Origin: Candidatus Saccharimonadales bacterium
GTDB lineage: Bacteria > Patescibacteriota > Saccharimonadia > Saccharimonadales > Saccharimonadaceae
Assembly: GCA_044340745.1 (NCBI GenBank)
Contig: JBIISZ010000005.1
Coordinates: forward strand, 795-64,794
Direction: 5' to 3'
Length of the DNA stretch: 64,000 bases
Positions 12,101-19,109 of this stretch are shown here, in pieces; the stretch's first letter is position 1, and every line of letters begins with the position of its first letter. Position numbers and translations under genes: made by a program. The notes beneath the pieces were generated by a model. That model was not told where the DNA came from and did no database searches. It was given only the letters and a program-made list of their open reading frames with translations.

Positions 12101-15100
12101 CAACCTCAGCCCCTACCTTCGCTGGCCTGACACTATCAAGCGCCCTTGGTGTTTCAAGTGGTGGTACTGGCGCGGGCAACTTCGCGACGAACGGTGTGGT
12201 AATCGGACAGGGAACAAGCGCTCTGACGACCATCGGAACGACCACGGCTAACCAGTGTCTTATTTCTGGCGCTGGCGGGGTGCTTTCCTTCGCGACCTGT
12301 CCAGGTGCGAACGGGGTCAGTAGCTTCAACGGCCTTACCGGTGCGGTCAGCCTTAATACTGTCACCTCAAGTAGCTTGTTGACGAGCGGTAACACGGTGA
12401 CAATCCGTGATGCGAGCGATGCCGTGAAAGGGCTTGCGGCATTCAACGCCGACAACCTCACTGTCACTAACGGTCTTGTGAACACTGTTCAAAACATCAG
12501 CACATCTTCTTCACCGACCTTCGCAGGCCTTACCTTGACTAACGGGCTAAGCGTCGCTAACGGTGGTACGGGGCAGACCGCTTTGACCGCTAACCGTGTA
12601 CTGCTTGGTAACGGTACGTCAGGTATTGCCGTCAGCAACGAAGCGGCGGCTGGTTTGTGTCTGATCGGTAACGCGAGCGGTGCACCAACCTTCCAGGCAT
12701 GTCCGGTCGGTGGTGACATCTCTTCTGGAACTTCACAGACCGCAGGTGTCGTCGCGATGTTCGATACGACAACGAATAGTATCACTGATTCGATCATCTC
12801 GCAGTCAGGCTCGGTCGTTTCGGTTGGTGGTCAGCTGAGCGCGACGACTCTGAGCGGTAACGGTGCGGCATTGACAAGCCTTAACGCTTCAAACATTGCC
12901 AGCGGAACAGTTGCGAACGCACGCCTTAGCGCAAGCGTGACGCTCCAGGGTAACAGTTTCAACGGAAACAGCCAGCTGGTAAAGCTTGATAGTACTGGTG
13001 CGACGACCGAAAACGGGCTCTGTCTGATGAGCACCGGTTCTGGCACGGGTACGTCATTCCAAGCCTGCCCTGGTTCTAACGCCGCTGTCGGTGCAAACAC
13101 CTCACTTTCGAACCTTTCAAACGTATCTATTAACGACATGCTGCTCCCTGGCGCAAGTAACTCTATCGACCTCGGTAGTGCAAGCCAGACCTTCCGTAAC
13201 CTCTACTTAGGTGGAACGGTAAGTGCGGCAGGGGCTATCAACGGCCTGACACTGACTTCGAACAGCCTCCAGAGTGCAGGTGCGTTGAACTTGAGTGCCG
13301 GTGGTACGAACCAGGCAATCACCGTTGCCGGAAGCGGTTCGGGCGGGGTGACATTGAATGCTGGTACGGGCAGCCTACGACTTACGGGCATCACTTGTAA
13401 CACTTCCGCTAACGGTGGCAAACTGACGACGAATGCCTCCGGTGTCGTAAGTTGTGCCGATGATGTCGGCGGTGTCTCCGTAGTGGGAACGATCGATTCT
13501 CAGACAGCTAGTGCGAACGGCGCGACGATCAACGGGAACACTATCTACCTTCAGACTGCCAGCGCTACGGCAACGGGTGTCGTGACGGCCGGTACTCAAA
13601 CGTTCGGTGGTGATAAGACCTTCGCCGGAGCGACGACCCTACAGGGTGCTTCGACGATGAACGGCACGACAACGATCAATGGTACGCTGTATGTCGGAAA
13701 CGCATCTATGGGCGTTCTTTACACGACGCCTACGGGAATGGTCCAGAAGGCATCTACCGCTGGTGCGTCAATCGGACAGTGTCTCGCGTACACCGCGACG
13801 AACACCCTCGGTTTCCAGAGTTGTGGCGGTACCGGTGGTGGTAATCCGTTCTTGCAGGGTGGTAATGCCTTCAACGCCACGGCCACCCTCGGTGTGACTG
13901 ACAACCAAACACTTAACGTGATCCAGAACAACGCTAACCGTATTTCATTGACGAACGGTGGTAATATCGTCCTTACTCCTGATGTGAACAAGTTCGTATT
14001 CATCGACACTACCGCCGCTGATAGCGAGGCGAAACTGATCGTCGCTGGTCGTATCAAGACGGATACCGGATTCAAGGTCGGTACGGCGACGGGTATCTCA
14101 CTGGCACAGTGTGGTGGCTACATTCAGAACGCGGTCGTGAACGGCGGTATCATCACCGGTGGTAACTGTTCGACCGGTGGTTCGGCGGGTCAAGCGATCG
14201 TCCAGGGTGGTAATGCGTTCAACGGTACTATGACACTTGGTACGACAGACAACTTCGGCATCAATATAGTGAAGCAGGGAAGCACCATGATGGCTATCAG
14301 CCAAGACGGTAACATCGACTTCTCACCAAGCGTGAACAAGTGGGTCCGTATCGGTACGACCAATACTGATGGTAGCGCACAACTGATCGTGAACGGCCGC
14401 ATCAAGTCGATGACCGGTTTCCGCGTCGGTAACTTCGACGGGCTGACGATGAGTTGTGCGAACGGTAACCAGACACTTGGTGCGCCACGGTTTGAGGGGG
14501 GTATCCTGGTCCAGGCAAGCTGTTCGACGAACAACTCCGACCTTGCAGAGAACTATAGCTCGACTGACAACCTCCAAGCTGCCGAAATCGTCATGGCGGC
14601 CGGGTATGCACCTACGGCTGTGAGCCGCGCTACTGCAAGCAACCGCGAAAACCTGATGGGTGTCGTATCGACCGCTCCAGCGCAGACCCTTGGTACGGAA
14701 CAAGTTCCTGAAGGTTTCCCGATTGCGCTGACGGGCCGTGTGCCGGTTAAGGTCAACGGTGAGGGCGGTGCGATCGCTATCGGTGATAAGGTTACGATTT
14801 CAAGCGTACCTGGCGTCGGTAAGAAGGCGACGAACGCCGGTATGATCGTCGGTACCGCCGTCGAGACCTTCAACGGGGTAGGCGAGGGTGCGATCGAGGT
14901 ATTCGTCAACCTGATGTACTGGAAGCCGTCGGGTACCGACATGCTGCAGGCGCAATCTGCGGACATTAACACATTGAACATCTCGGGTATGGCAACGATC
15001 GCTTCACTGACCGTCACGGGCATCGCGACCTTCCAAGGTAACATCATCGTCAACGGACATATCGTGACCGGCGGCGGAGCACCGAACTATAGCGTCGGCG

Positions 15101-15384
15101 CAGCTGCGGGTGCTGGTGCAAGCGTCGTGATTGACGGTAATGACACCGCAGGTACGATTACGATCACCACTGGTGCTGACGTAACAGCCGGTAGTCTCGC
15201 GAACCTCGTATTCAGCCAAGGATATGGCAAGTCGCCTCGGATAATCATCTCCGGCCAGGATGACGCCAGTGTGAACGCCCGCGTCTTCCCGACTGCGAAA
15301 ACTACAGGCGGTTTCTCACTGGGAACATCTCAGGTGCTCGCCCCAAGTACCACCTACACCTTCGACTACTTCATCGTCGAGTAA
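6106..15384 (+). CDS. Giant (~3,092 aa) membrane-anchored fibre/adhesin-like repeat protein with phage tail-fibre-like motifs and a C-terminal autoproteolytic-chaperone-like domain
   Basis: N-terminal TM anchor; 11 copies of a KG[LV]A[SA]F[ND] module; ARTNLGAA..GANxDITSL motifs; NSDLAENY...GVVSTAP...ALTGRVPVKV near the C-terminus. ATG at 6106 preferred over TTG at 6097. Confidence 0.85.
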   Translation: MNRKALLPVVVSLGVFVVIFGVVALYLWNASRQTVSSERSQQSVSAVKELPQLEVNDEPVASTKQVIGGDLKVTGTVSIIDGLSASSLQLTPVSSTANLRAGQLYSANNNALYYYDGRSSANITGGLSTAQVDIARLQTEMQRILSQPDGVLTLQGQSGSVVLAGADGITITGTTISNNGVLTVQGRAGNVQFVSGNGIEVSGTTINNTGVTSVGGQTGTIAIGNGLSISNGTLVSTGITQLISQSSDIIVSNAGGGAYTISYAGSGAGGTVALAPTSPQEDSSNNASIAFNKTGLGNLIQLSTGTNASNKFVVDQSGAIINGSINFSQVTGIPSLVNSIAGLTGTVDLGAGLAVNGGRLVATTAVNNLVGTANQVNVTGSGTLTLSLPQNIATTSSPTFAGLTLTNALTIGNGGTGATTASGARTNLGAAASGANNDITSLSGLTTALSVAQGGIGTNTLTQNGVLIGNGTDAISSVNATGANQCLVSDANGEVSFQGCPGAGGVTSVNGKSGVVTIAGVDPNSIDSTGGTIVIRDASYTTKGLASFNATNFSVLNGSVNTAQDINVGATPTFAGLNLTSALSVANGGTGRTTFATNGLLLGQGTGALSTVGTTTAGQCLVSGTGGVLGFSTCPGATGVTSVNGLTGAITVSTIAASSLSQVGNTITINDATEAIKGLAAFNEDNFVVTNGVVNTIQNISTSATPTFAGLNLDSALAVTSGGTGRTSLAANSILVGNGTSAVSTLGTTVAGQCLASGVGGALSFVTCPGAEVVNSLNGQSGNVSITAIDPSSINTASGVITIRDASYTTKGLASFNGSNFSVIDGAVDTVQNIGTTATPVFEGLTLNSALGVASGGTGASSFAANSLLIGQGTSAVTSLGTNTAGQCLISGTGGYLSFASCPGSNGVASINGLIGAVTLRGISASSVLTSGSTVTIQDATDTIKGLAAFNSSNLVVTNGVVNTIQDISVNAAPTFAELTLTSPLAVSSGGTGRTTFALNSVLVGNGSAGLSSVSATGDNQCLISAADGSLSFTTCPGATGVNSINGLSGNLTLNAADPNSIASSGTTITLRDASNLRKGLASFDGTNFTVTNGAVNLIQDIGTGATPTFAGLNLGTALSVTNGGTGATNIEDARTNLGAAASGANTDITSLGSVTSLTSAANLSLSASNGTLTLQGAATVLEQSDGTNSTKLIFQNPTADVTYTLQTAAAGTYEVCTTAGNCVGVGGGVTTSGGTIGRLSRFISGSAIGDSIITDDGSTVSIGGTLSVNNITPSAAAVIGATTQSLSLQGSTTSISSTGGATTNTLTFATPSGVSKTITIPNASGTVAISATGPLVLDANGNLTCPTCLTSGGGGGGATGVSGINGITGDITLVASDASTITTSGTTITINDATATRKGVAAFNNTNLTVTNGVVNTIQNISTTATPTFAGINLNSPLTVANGGTGRTSLPKGIVIGNGTDPVTILAPTGASECLASDSGSNLVFVACPGTSVVNFLNGLNGTVTIDTVSGSSLAISGNNIRIQDATAAIKGLASFNSDNLTVTNGVVNTIQDISTSSAPTFNGLTLNTALGLASGGTGATTAPAARNNLGAASRGANSDITALSGLTTALSVGQGGTGQTTLTANRVLLGNGTSGVAVSNAASAGMCLVGNSSGAPSFQACPGADGVRTFNSLNGDVTLDTTSASSLVVSGNNIRIQDATSSIKGLASFDGNNLTITNGTVNTAQNITTSATPTFAGLNLTAALGVASGGTGRTSLTTNGVLVGQGTSAVSTVSTTTAGQCLVSGTGGSLSFASCPGSGGVSSLNSLNGAVTIDTVTPSSLLITGNNIRIQDATSSTKGLASFNTDSLTVTNGAVTTVQSINTSATPTFAGLTLTTPLGVASGGTGRSTLAANSLIIGNGTSAVSTLGTNAAGKCLVSGTGGVLSFLDCPGASVVNSLNGVSGTLSITAVDPASIDTTGSTITIRDASYTTKGLASFNGGNFIVSNGAVNTIQNISTTSAPTFAGLTLSSALGVSSGGTGAGNFATNGVVIGQGTSALTTIGTTTANQCLISGAGGVLSFATCPGANGVSSFNGLTGAVSLNTVTSSSLLTSGNTVTIRDASDAVKGLAAFNADNLTVTNGLVNTVQNISTSSSPTFAGLTLTNGLSVANGGTGQTALTANRVLLGNGTSGIAVSNEAAAGLCLIGNASGAPTFQACPVGGDISSGTSQTAGVVAMFDTTTNSITDSIISQSGSVVSVGGQLSATTLSGNGAALTSLNASNIASGTVANARLSASVTLQGNSFNGNSQLVKLDSTGATTENGLCLMSTGSGTGTSFQACPGSNAAVGANTSLSNLSNVSINDMLLPGASNSIDLGSASQTFRNLYLGGTVSAAGAINGLTLTSNSLQSAGALNLSAGGTNQAITVAGSGSGGVTLNAGTGSLRLTGITCNTSANGGKLTTNASGVVSCADDVGGVSVVGTIDSQTASANGATINGNTIYLQTASATATGVVTAGTQTFGGDKTFAGATTLQGASTMNGTTTINGTLYVGNASMGVLYTTPTGMVQKASTAGASIGQCLAYTATNTLGFQSCGGTGGGNPFLQGGNAFNATATLGVTDNQTLNVIQNNANRISLTNGGNIVLTPDVNKFVFIDTTAADSEAKLIVAGRIKTDTGFKVGTATGISLAQCGGYIQNAVVNGGIITGGNCSTGGSAGQAIVQGGNAFNGTMTLGTTDNFGINIVKQGSTMMAISQDGNIDFSPSVNKWVRIGTTNTDGSAQLIVNGRIKSMTGFRVGNFDGLTMSCANGNQTLGAPRFEGGILVQASCSTNNSDLAENYSSTDNLQAAEIVMAAGYAPTAVSRATASNRENLMGVVSTAPAQTLGTEQVPEGFPIALTGRVPVKVNGEGGAIAIGDKVTISSVPGVGKKATNAGMIVGTAVETFNGVGEGAIEVFVNLMYWKPSGTDMLQAQSADINTLNISGMATIASLTVTGIATFQGNIIVNGHIVTGGGAPNYSVGAAAGAGASVVIDGNDTAGTITITTGADVTAGSLANLVFSQGYGKSPRIIISGQDDASVNARVFPTAKTTGGFSLGTSQVLAPSTTYTFDYFIVE
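7600..12710 (+). repeat. Intragenic degenerate tandem repeat, ~134-aa (~400-nt) unit, 11 copies
   Basis: KGLA[SA]F anchors near 7730, 8130, 8535, 8940, 9340, 10300, 10700, 11220, 11620, 12025 and 12425; most units end in a CL-x(9-10)-F-x2-CP motif. Confidence 0.9.
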
Positions 15385-15491
15385 TCCACAGCACCAGGCT
15401 TGTTTAGGCCGAATCCAGCTTGGCGGATCATAAGCGCTTTGCTATAATCGGTTTATTAACGTCAATCAACACACATACGGAGGGGAGTTGA

Positions 15492-15995
15492 ATGGAGTAT
15501 AAGCAAGGCGCAGAGCGTCCAAATCATGCTGGCGCACCAGCGCACAAGCCAACAGGGCTTAAGAAGGTCGGCAAAGTAAAAAGGGTAGTTGGTGCTATCG
15601 TCGCGAGCGTAGTGCTCGTCGCAGTACTTGCTTGGTCTACTGTAGCCATTCTGACGTCAACTGGTGTCATTGGTCCTAACGCAAGTATCAACAAGGATGA
15701 TTACCAGGCAGTATTCCTTACGAACGGTCAGGTATACTTCGGTAAGCTACAGAACGCTAAGGGTGAATACCTTCAGCTCACTGATATCTACTACCTACAG
15801 GTAGATAGTTCTATCCAGTCGGGTGAAGAAGCTCAGGCAGCTGCTTCAGACAACAATGTCCAACTGATCAAGCTTGGTAACGAGCTGCACGGTCCACGCG
15901 ACGAAATGCAGATCAGCAACCAGCAAGTGCTCTTCTGGGAAAACCTGAAACCAGACAGCCGCGTTTCTGAAGCCATCAAGAACTACAAAGAGTAG
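15492..15995 (+). CDS. Conserved hypothetical single-TM protein (YQAVFLTNGQVYFGKL motif)
   Basis: Purine-rich SD-like GGAGGGGAG, one TM helix, well-formed globular C-domain; upstream -10 TGCTATAAT. Confidence 0.75.
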   Translation: MEYKQGAERPNHAGAPAHKPTGLKKVGKVKRVVGAIVASVVLVAVLAWSTVAILTSTGVIGPNASINKDDYQAVFLTNGQVYFGKLQNAKGEYLQLTDIYYLQVDSSIQSGEEAQAAASDNNVQLIKLGNELHGPRDEMQISNQQVLFWENLKPDSRVSEAIKNYKE

Positions 15996-16018
15996 TAACG
16001 GTTAGTACAGAATACCGA

Positions 16019-16049
16019 CCCCGCAGCAGCTAAGCTCTGCGGGGTTTTT
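16019..16049 (+). terminator. Intrinsic terminator
   Basis: CCCCGCAG/CTGCGGGG stem followed by TTTTT. Confidence 0.75.
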
Positions 16050-16079
16050 GGTTATAAGCATTTGCGGTATGATAGAAGG

Positions 16080-18017
16080 GTGAAAGCTGATAGCTTCTTC
16101 AAAAAACATACAGTGTCATTCAAACAGCTTCCTAAGAAAAGGGTAGCCTATATTGCCGCTGGCCTCGTCGTGGGTGCCGGCCTTTTTTATAGCCTGGTGT
16201 TCTTTATCTCGAAGCCGATCCAGTTCTCGTACGCAGGCGATTCATGTGCCCGCCACTTGCTACTGTTCCCCAATATACAGCAACAGAGTGGCTCTGATGA
16301 TTTTACCGTTACCAAGGAGGGTGTCGTAAAAGTCGGGGGCTTATCCCTTGCGAGTACGCAGCTCTGCGTGGAACCGGCAACCAGCCCTTCCATAGGCGAG
16401 ACACGCCTGACTGTTTCGCCCTGGGGTGGGCCGCTGTTCGCTAAGCCGTTTGCTATCGAAGTATCAAAGGCACCGATAGTTGCCGTCAGCTCTATAAAAG
16501 GGGCGAAAATCCCCGCTAACCAGCCATTCAAGATTCCGCTGAATGAAGGTGACACTATACATACTTATACGGTCGCTGTCGGCGAGGCCACTGCACCGTG
16601 TAGTCCTGAAGCGGCTGCCGTCGTATGTGATATTCCGGCCTTGAAACTCGAGCACGGAACACCGTACTCACTGGTAATTAGCCGCACGTTCCCTGGTGAA
16701 ACGGAGCGGGATATAGTCGGTACGGTCGCTATCGCAACACTCGACCCGATGGTCATTACCCAGAGCAGCCTTACTGCTGATCAGGTCGTCTACGATACCC
16801 CGCAAAGTTTCACATTCGAGGCGGGCAGGAAAGTAAAGGCGGTTGAAGCAACTTTGGCCGTGAAGAAGGATGGTGTCGAACAGATGCCGGTCTCACTTAA
16901 GGCGGCCGTTACGGATACGAAGTTTTCGCTCAACCTTGCTAAGGCCCTTGAGCGTAAAACTACTTACGTTCTGACGCTCAAGCAAGTACAAGGAGATGAC
17001 GGGGGCACGCTACCGAGCCCTGTCGCCTATACATTCTCGACGTCAGGTGGCCCGAAAGTGAGTGGTGTATCTGTCGGCACGACAAAAGTGGGGCAGAACG
17101 AACGGATAGTACTGACCTTCGATCAGCCACTTCACACATCGGTAAATGTCGGTCAGTTCATCCGTACGACTGGGGTGAACACTGGCGTATCGAAGCTCTC
17201 TGATACGCAAGTGGCAGTGACGGTGCAGAACGCTCCGTTATGTGCGGCGTTTTCAATCGTCGTCGACAAGGGGATGCGAAGCGGAAGTAATGATGCTATC
17301 GCTGACGAGGCGTGGAAGTTTGATACGCGGACGATATGCGGCTACTCTTCGGTAATCGGCTCATCCGTCCGTGGGCGGCCTATTGTCGCACATTACTTTG
17401 GAAACGGTGCTACGACAATCTTGTTTACGGGGGGTATTCACGGCTCAGAGCCGAGTAGTACCACGACTATGCAGGCCTGGGTGGACTACCTCTATGCTAA
17501 CGGATATAAGATTCCCGCTGATAAGCGCGTCGTTGTCGTTCCTAACACTAACCCTGACGGTATCGCGAGCGGTTCGCGAAATAATGTGAACAATGTCAAT
17601 CTAGGGCGTAATTTCCCGACCTCTAACTGGAAAGCCGATATTGAAACCGCGAGCGGCCTCCTTGTGAACGGGGGTGGAAAGGGTGCCGGGTCGGAACCGG
17701 AAACAGCGGCGCTCATCAAGCTGACCCGCCAGCTTCGCCCGCGCCTCGAGGTGTCGTTCCACGCTCAAGGAAGCCTCGTGGGAGCGAACAAGTTTTCCGA
17801 CTCAGTCGCGATCGGGGATATATATGCCAAACTCGTAGGGTATAAAACGATGTTCTATAACGCCGAAGCGGTCATGGGGTATCCGATGACGGGTGAATAT
17901 GAGGATTGGATGGGTGAAGAAATGAACATCCCTGCGATATTGATCGAGCTCCCTCGTACGTCGGGTAATTATCTTACCTCGCAGCTGGACGCATTGGTAC
18001 GTATGCTATCGGTGTAA
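16080..18017 (+). CDS. Membrane-anchored M14 zinc carboxypeptidase (MpaA-like) on Ig-like stalk domains
   Basis: GGIHGSE (HxxE), NPDG, RNNVNNVNLGRNFP, SFH, ILIEL; N-terminal TM helix and beta-rich middle. GTG at 16080 follows -10 TATGAT by 6 nt. Confidence 0.82.
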   Translation: MKADSFFKKHTVSFKQLPKKRVAYIAAGLVVGAGLFYSLVFFISKPIQFSYAGDSCARHLLLFPNIQQQSGSDDFTVTKEGVVKVGGLSLASTQLCVEPATSPSIGETRLTVSPWGGPLFAKPFAIEVSKAPIVAVSSIKGAKIPANQPFKIPLNEGDTIHTYTVAVGEATAPCSPEAAAVVCDIPALKLEHGTPYSLVISRTFPGETERDIVGTVAIATLDPMVITQSSLTADQVVYDTPQSFTFEAGRKVKAVEATLAVKKDGVEQMPVSLKAAVTDTKFSLNLAKALERKTTYVLTLKQVQGDDGGTLPSPVAYTFSTSGGPKVSGVSVGTTKVGQNERIVLTFDQPLHTSVNVGQFIRTTGVNTGVSKLSDTQVAVTVQNAPLCAAFSIVVDKGMRSGSNDAIADEAWKFDTRTICGYSSVIGSSVRGRPIVAHYFGNGATTILFTGGIHGSEPSSTTTMQAWVDYLYANGYKIPADKRVVVVPNTNPDGIASGSRNNVNNVNLGRNFPTSNWKADIETASGLLVNGGGKGAGSEPETAALIKLTRQLRPRLEVSFHAQGSLVGANKFSDSVAIGDIYAKLVGYKTMFYNAEAVMGYPMTGEYEDWMGEEMNIPAILIELPRTSGNYLTSQLDALVRMLSV

Positions 18018-18065
18018 CGAGCGGGTAGTAGCTTCGTATAGCGAAGTGATGTATCGCTAAAATAA

Positions 18066-18100
18066 AAACGGCCCGTCTCGCAGATCGGGTCGTTTGTTTT
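18066..18100. terminator. Bidirectional-type intrinsic terminator
   Basis: AACGGCCCG/CGGGTCGTT stem flanked by an A-tract and a T-rich tract. Confidence 0.6.
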
Positions 18101-18248
18101 TATGTGAACCTTCTTTGTTTTTGAAGAAAGATTCAAACAGGTGCGTATTTATAATATCGCATCGACGGCATACACGCAACAGTAGCATAACCATAAATGG
18201 GCAATTTGGCAATAAATATTACACAACAAAATAATGCTAGTGTAAAAC

Positions 18249-18277
18249 TTGACAAAAAGCATAAGCTATGCTATTAT
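18249..18277 (+). promoter_or_regulatory. Consensus sigma70 promoter with extended -10
   Basis: TTGACA (18249-54), 17 nt, TATTAT (18272-77), preceded by TATGC. Confidence 0.8.
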
Positions 18278-18325
18278 TGAATCATACACATCCGAGGGTT
18301 ATATCGTATGTGAGGTAAAAATGAG

Positions 18326-18360
18326 GGTTTCCACGCCGTAAGGCTAGTGGAAATCTTTTT
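18326..18360 (+). terminator. Terminator-like hairpin inside the leader of the KGG gene
   Basis: GGTTTCCAC-GCC-GTAA-GGC-TA-GTGGAAATC followed by TTTTT. Confidence 0.55.
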
Positions 18361-18403
18361 AATTTGTGGATATCACCGAACACGGTGAAGGAGGACACAC
18401 CAA

Positions 18404-18598
18404 ATGGCAGGGACCAAAGAAGGCGGCAAGAAAGCTGCACTCAAGAACCTACAACGCGACCCAGACTTCTACGCGAAGATTGGTAGCAAAGGTGGCAAGA
18501 ACGGCCACACAGGCGGTTTCGCCGCTAACCCTGAGCTTGCTCGACTTGCAGGCGCAAAGGGTGGACGTATCTCACGTCGCCGTAAGGTAAGCGAGTAA
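18404..18598 (+). CDS. KGG-repeat general stress protein (YciG/GsiB-like)
   Basis: IGSKGG and AGAKGG repeats, 64 aa, AGGAGG SD at 18389-94. Confidence 0.85.
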   Translation: MAGTKEGGKKAALKNLQRDPDFYAKIGSKGGKNGHTGGFAANPELARLAGAKGGRISRRRKVSE

Positions 18599-18608
18599 AT
18601 CGCTCTAC

Positions 18609-18646
18609 AATAAAAATACCCCTTCTTGCGAGGGGGTATTTTTATA
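18609..18646. terminator. Bidirectional terminator between convergent genes
   Basis: ATAAAAATACCCC/GGGGTATTTTTAT inverted repeat. Confidence 0.75.
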
Positions 18647-19109
18647 TGGTCGCTTTCGCTGATGTTCGCCGTAAGGCGCAGAGCCGGGCTTCGTTCACGG
18701 TCCACGACTGAGTGCAAGCGACACAGCGGTAGGTCGTCGCGTTTACCTGGTACCCGTTTGCCGTGCACCCTGGGCAGGTACTCCGCGCATGCAGCCATTC
18801 ACGGTAGGTATCGAGGTTATCCTCGGAGATATCGGCTGTAAAAGCGGTATGGTACTGCTCAGCAAGCTCTTTTGCTTTCTCCCAGGCAGCCGCTTCCAGG
18901 GCAAGCAGCTCGACGTCCCGTCGGTACTCGTGATGATCTAGTATCCCGTGCGATACCTCGTGTAACAACATGGCTTTGGCATGGGGGAGGTCAGGGTTGT
19001 AGAAGACGGTTTTCGTCACGGGTGACCAAGAAAAGTGTTCACTCTCTAAGAAAGCGATATCTGGGTACTCTGTTTTAAGCTTGTGAATCAGTGACGAGAT
19101 CGATCGCAT
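18642..19109 (-). CDS. ImmA/IrrE-like HExxH metalloprotein with a C-terminal CxxC...CxxC zinc ribbon
   Basis: LLHEVSH...ALEAAAW; CPGC and CVAC. Start at 19109 or 19124, overlapping the ROK gene end. Confidence 0.65.
   Translation of the reverse strand: MRSISSLIHKLKTEYPDIAFLESEHFSWSPVTKTVFYNPDLPHAKAMLLHEVSHGILDHHEYRRDVELLALEAAAWEKAKELAEQYHTAFTADISEDNLDTYREWLHARSTCPGCTANGYQVNATTYRCVACTQSWTVNEARLCALRRTSAKATI

Noticed and set aside
7600-12710. Regular ~400-nt periodicity as a possible CRISPR or non-coding array
   Set aside because: The repeats are in-frame, degenerate at synonymous sites and inside one ORF; no repeat-spacer structure and no cas genes.
6106-15384. Giant fibre gene as part of a prophage
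   Set aside because: No capsid, terminase, portal or integrase genes nearby, and the protein has a TM anchor within a chromosomal context.
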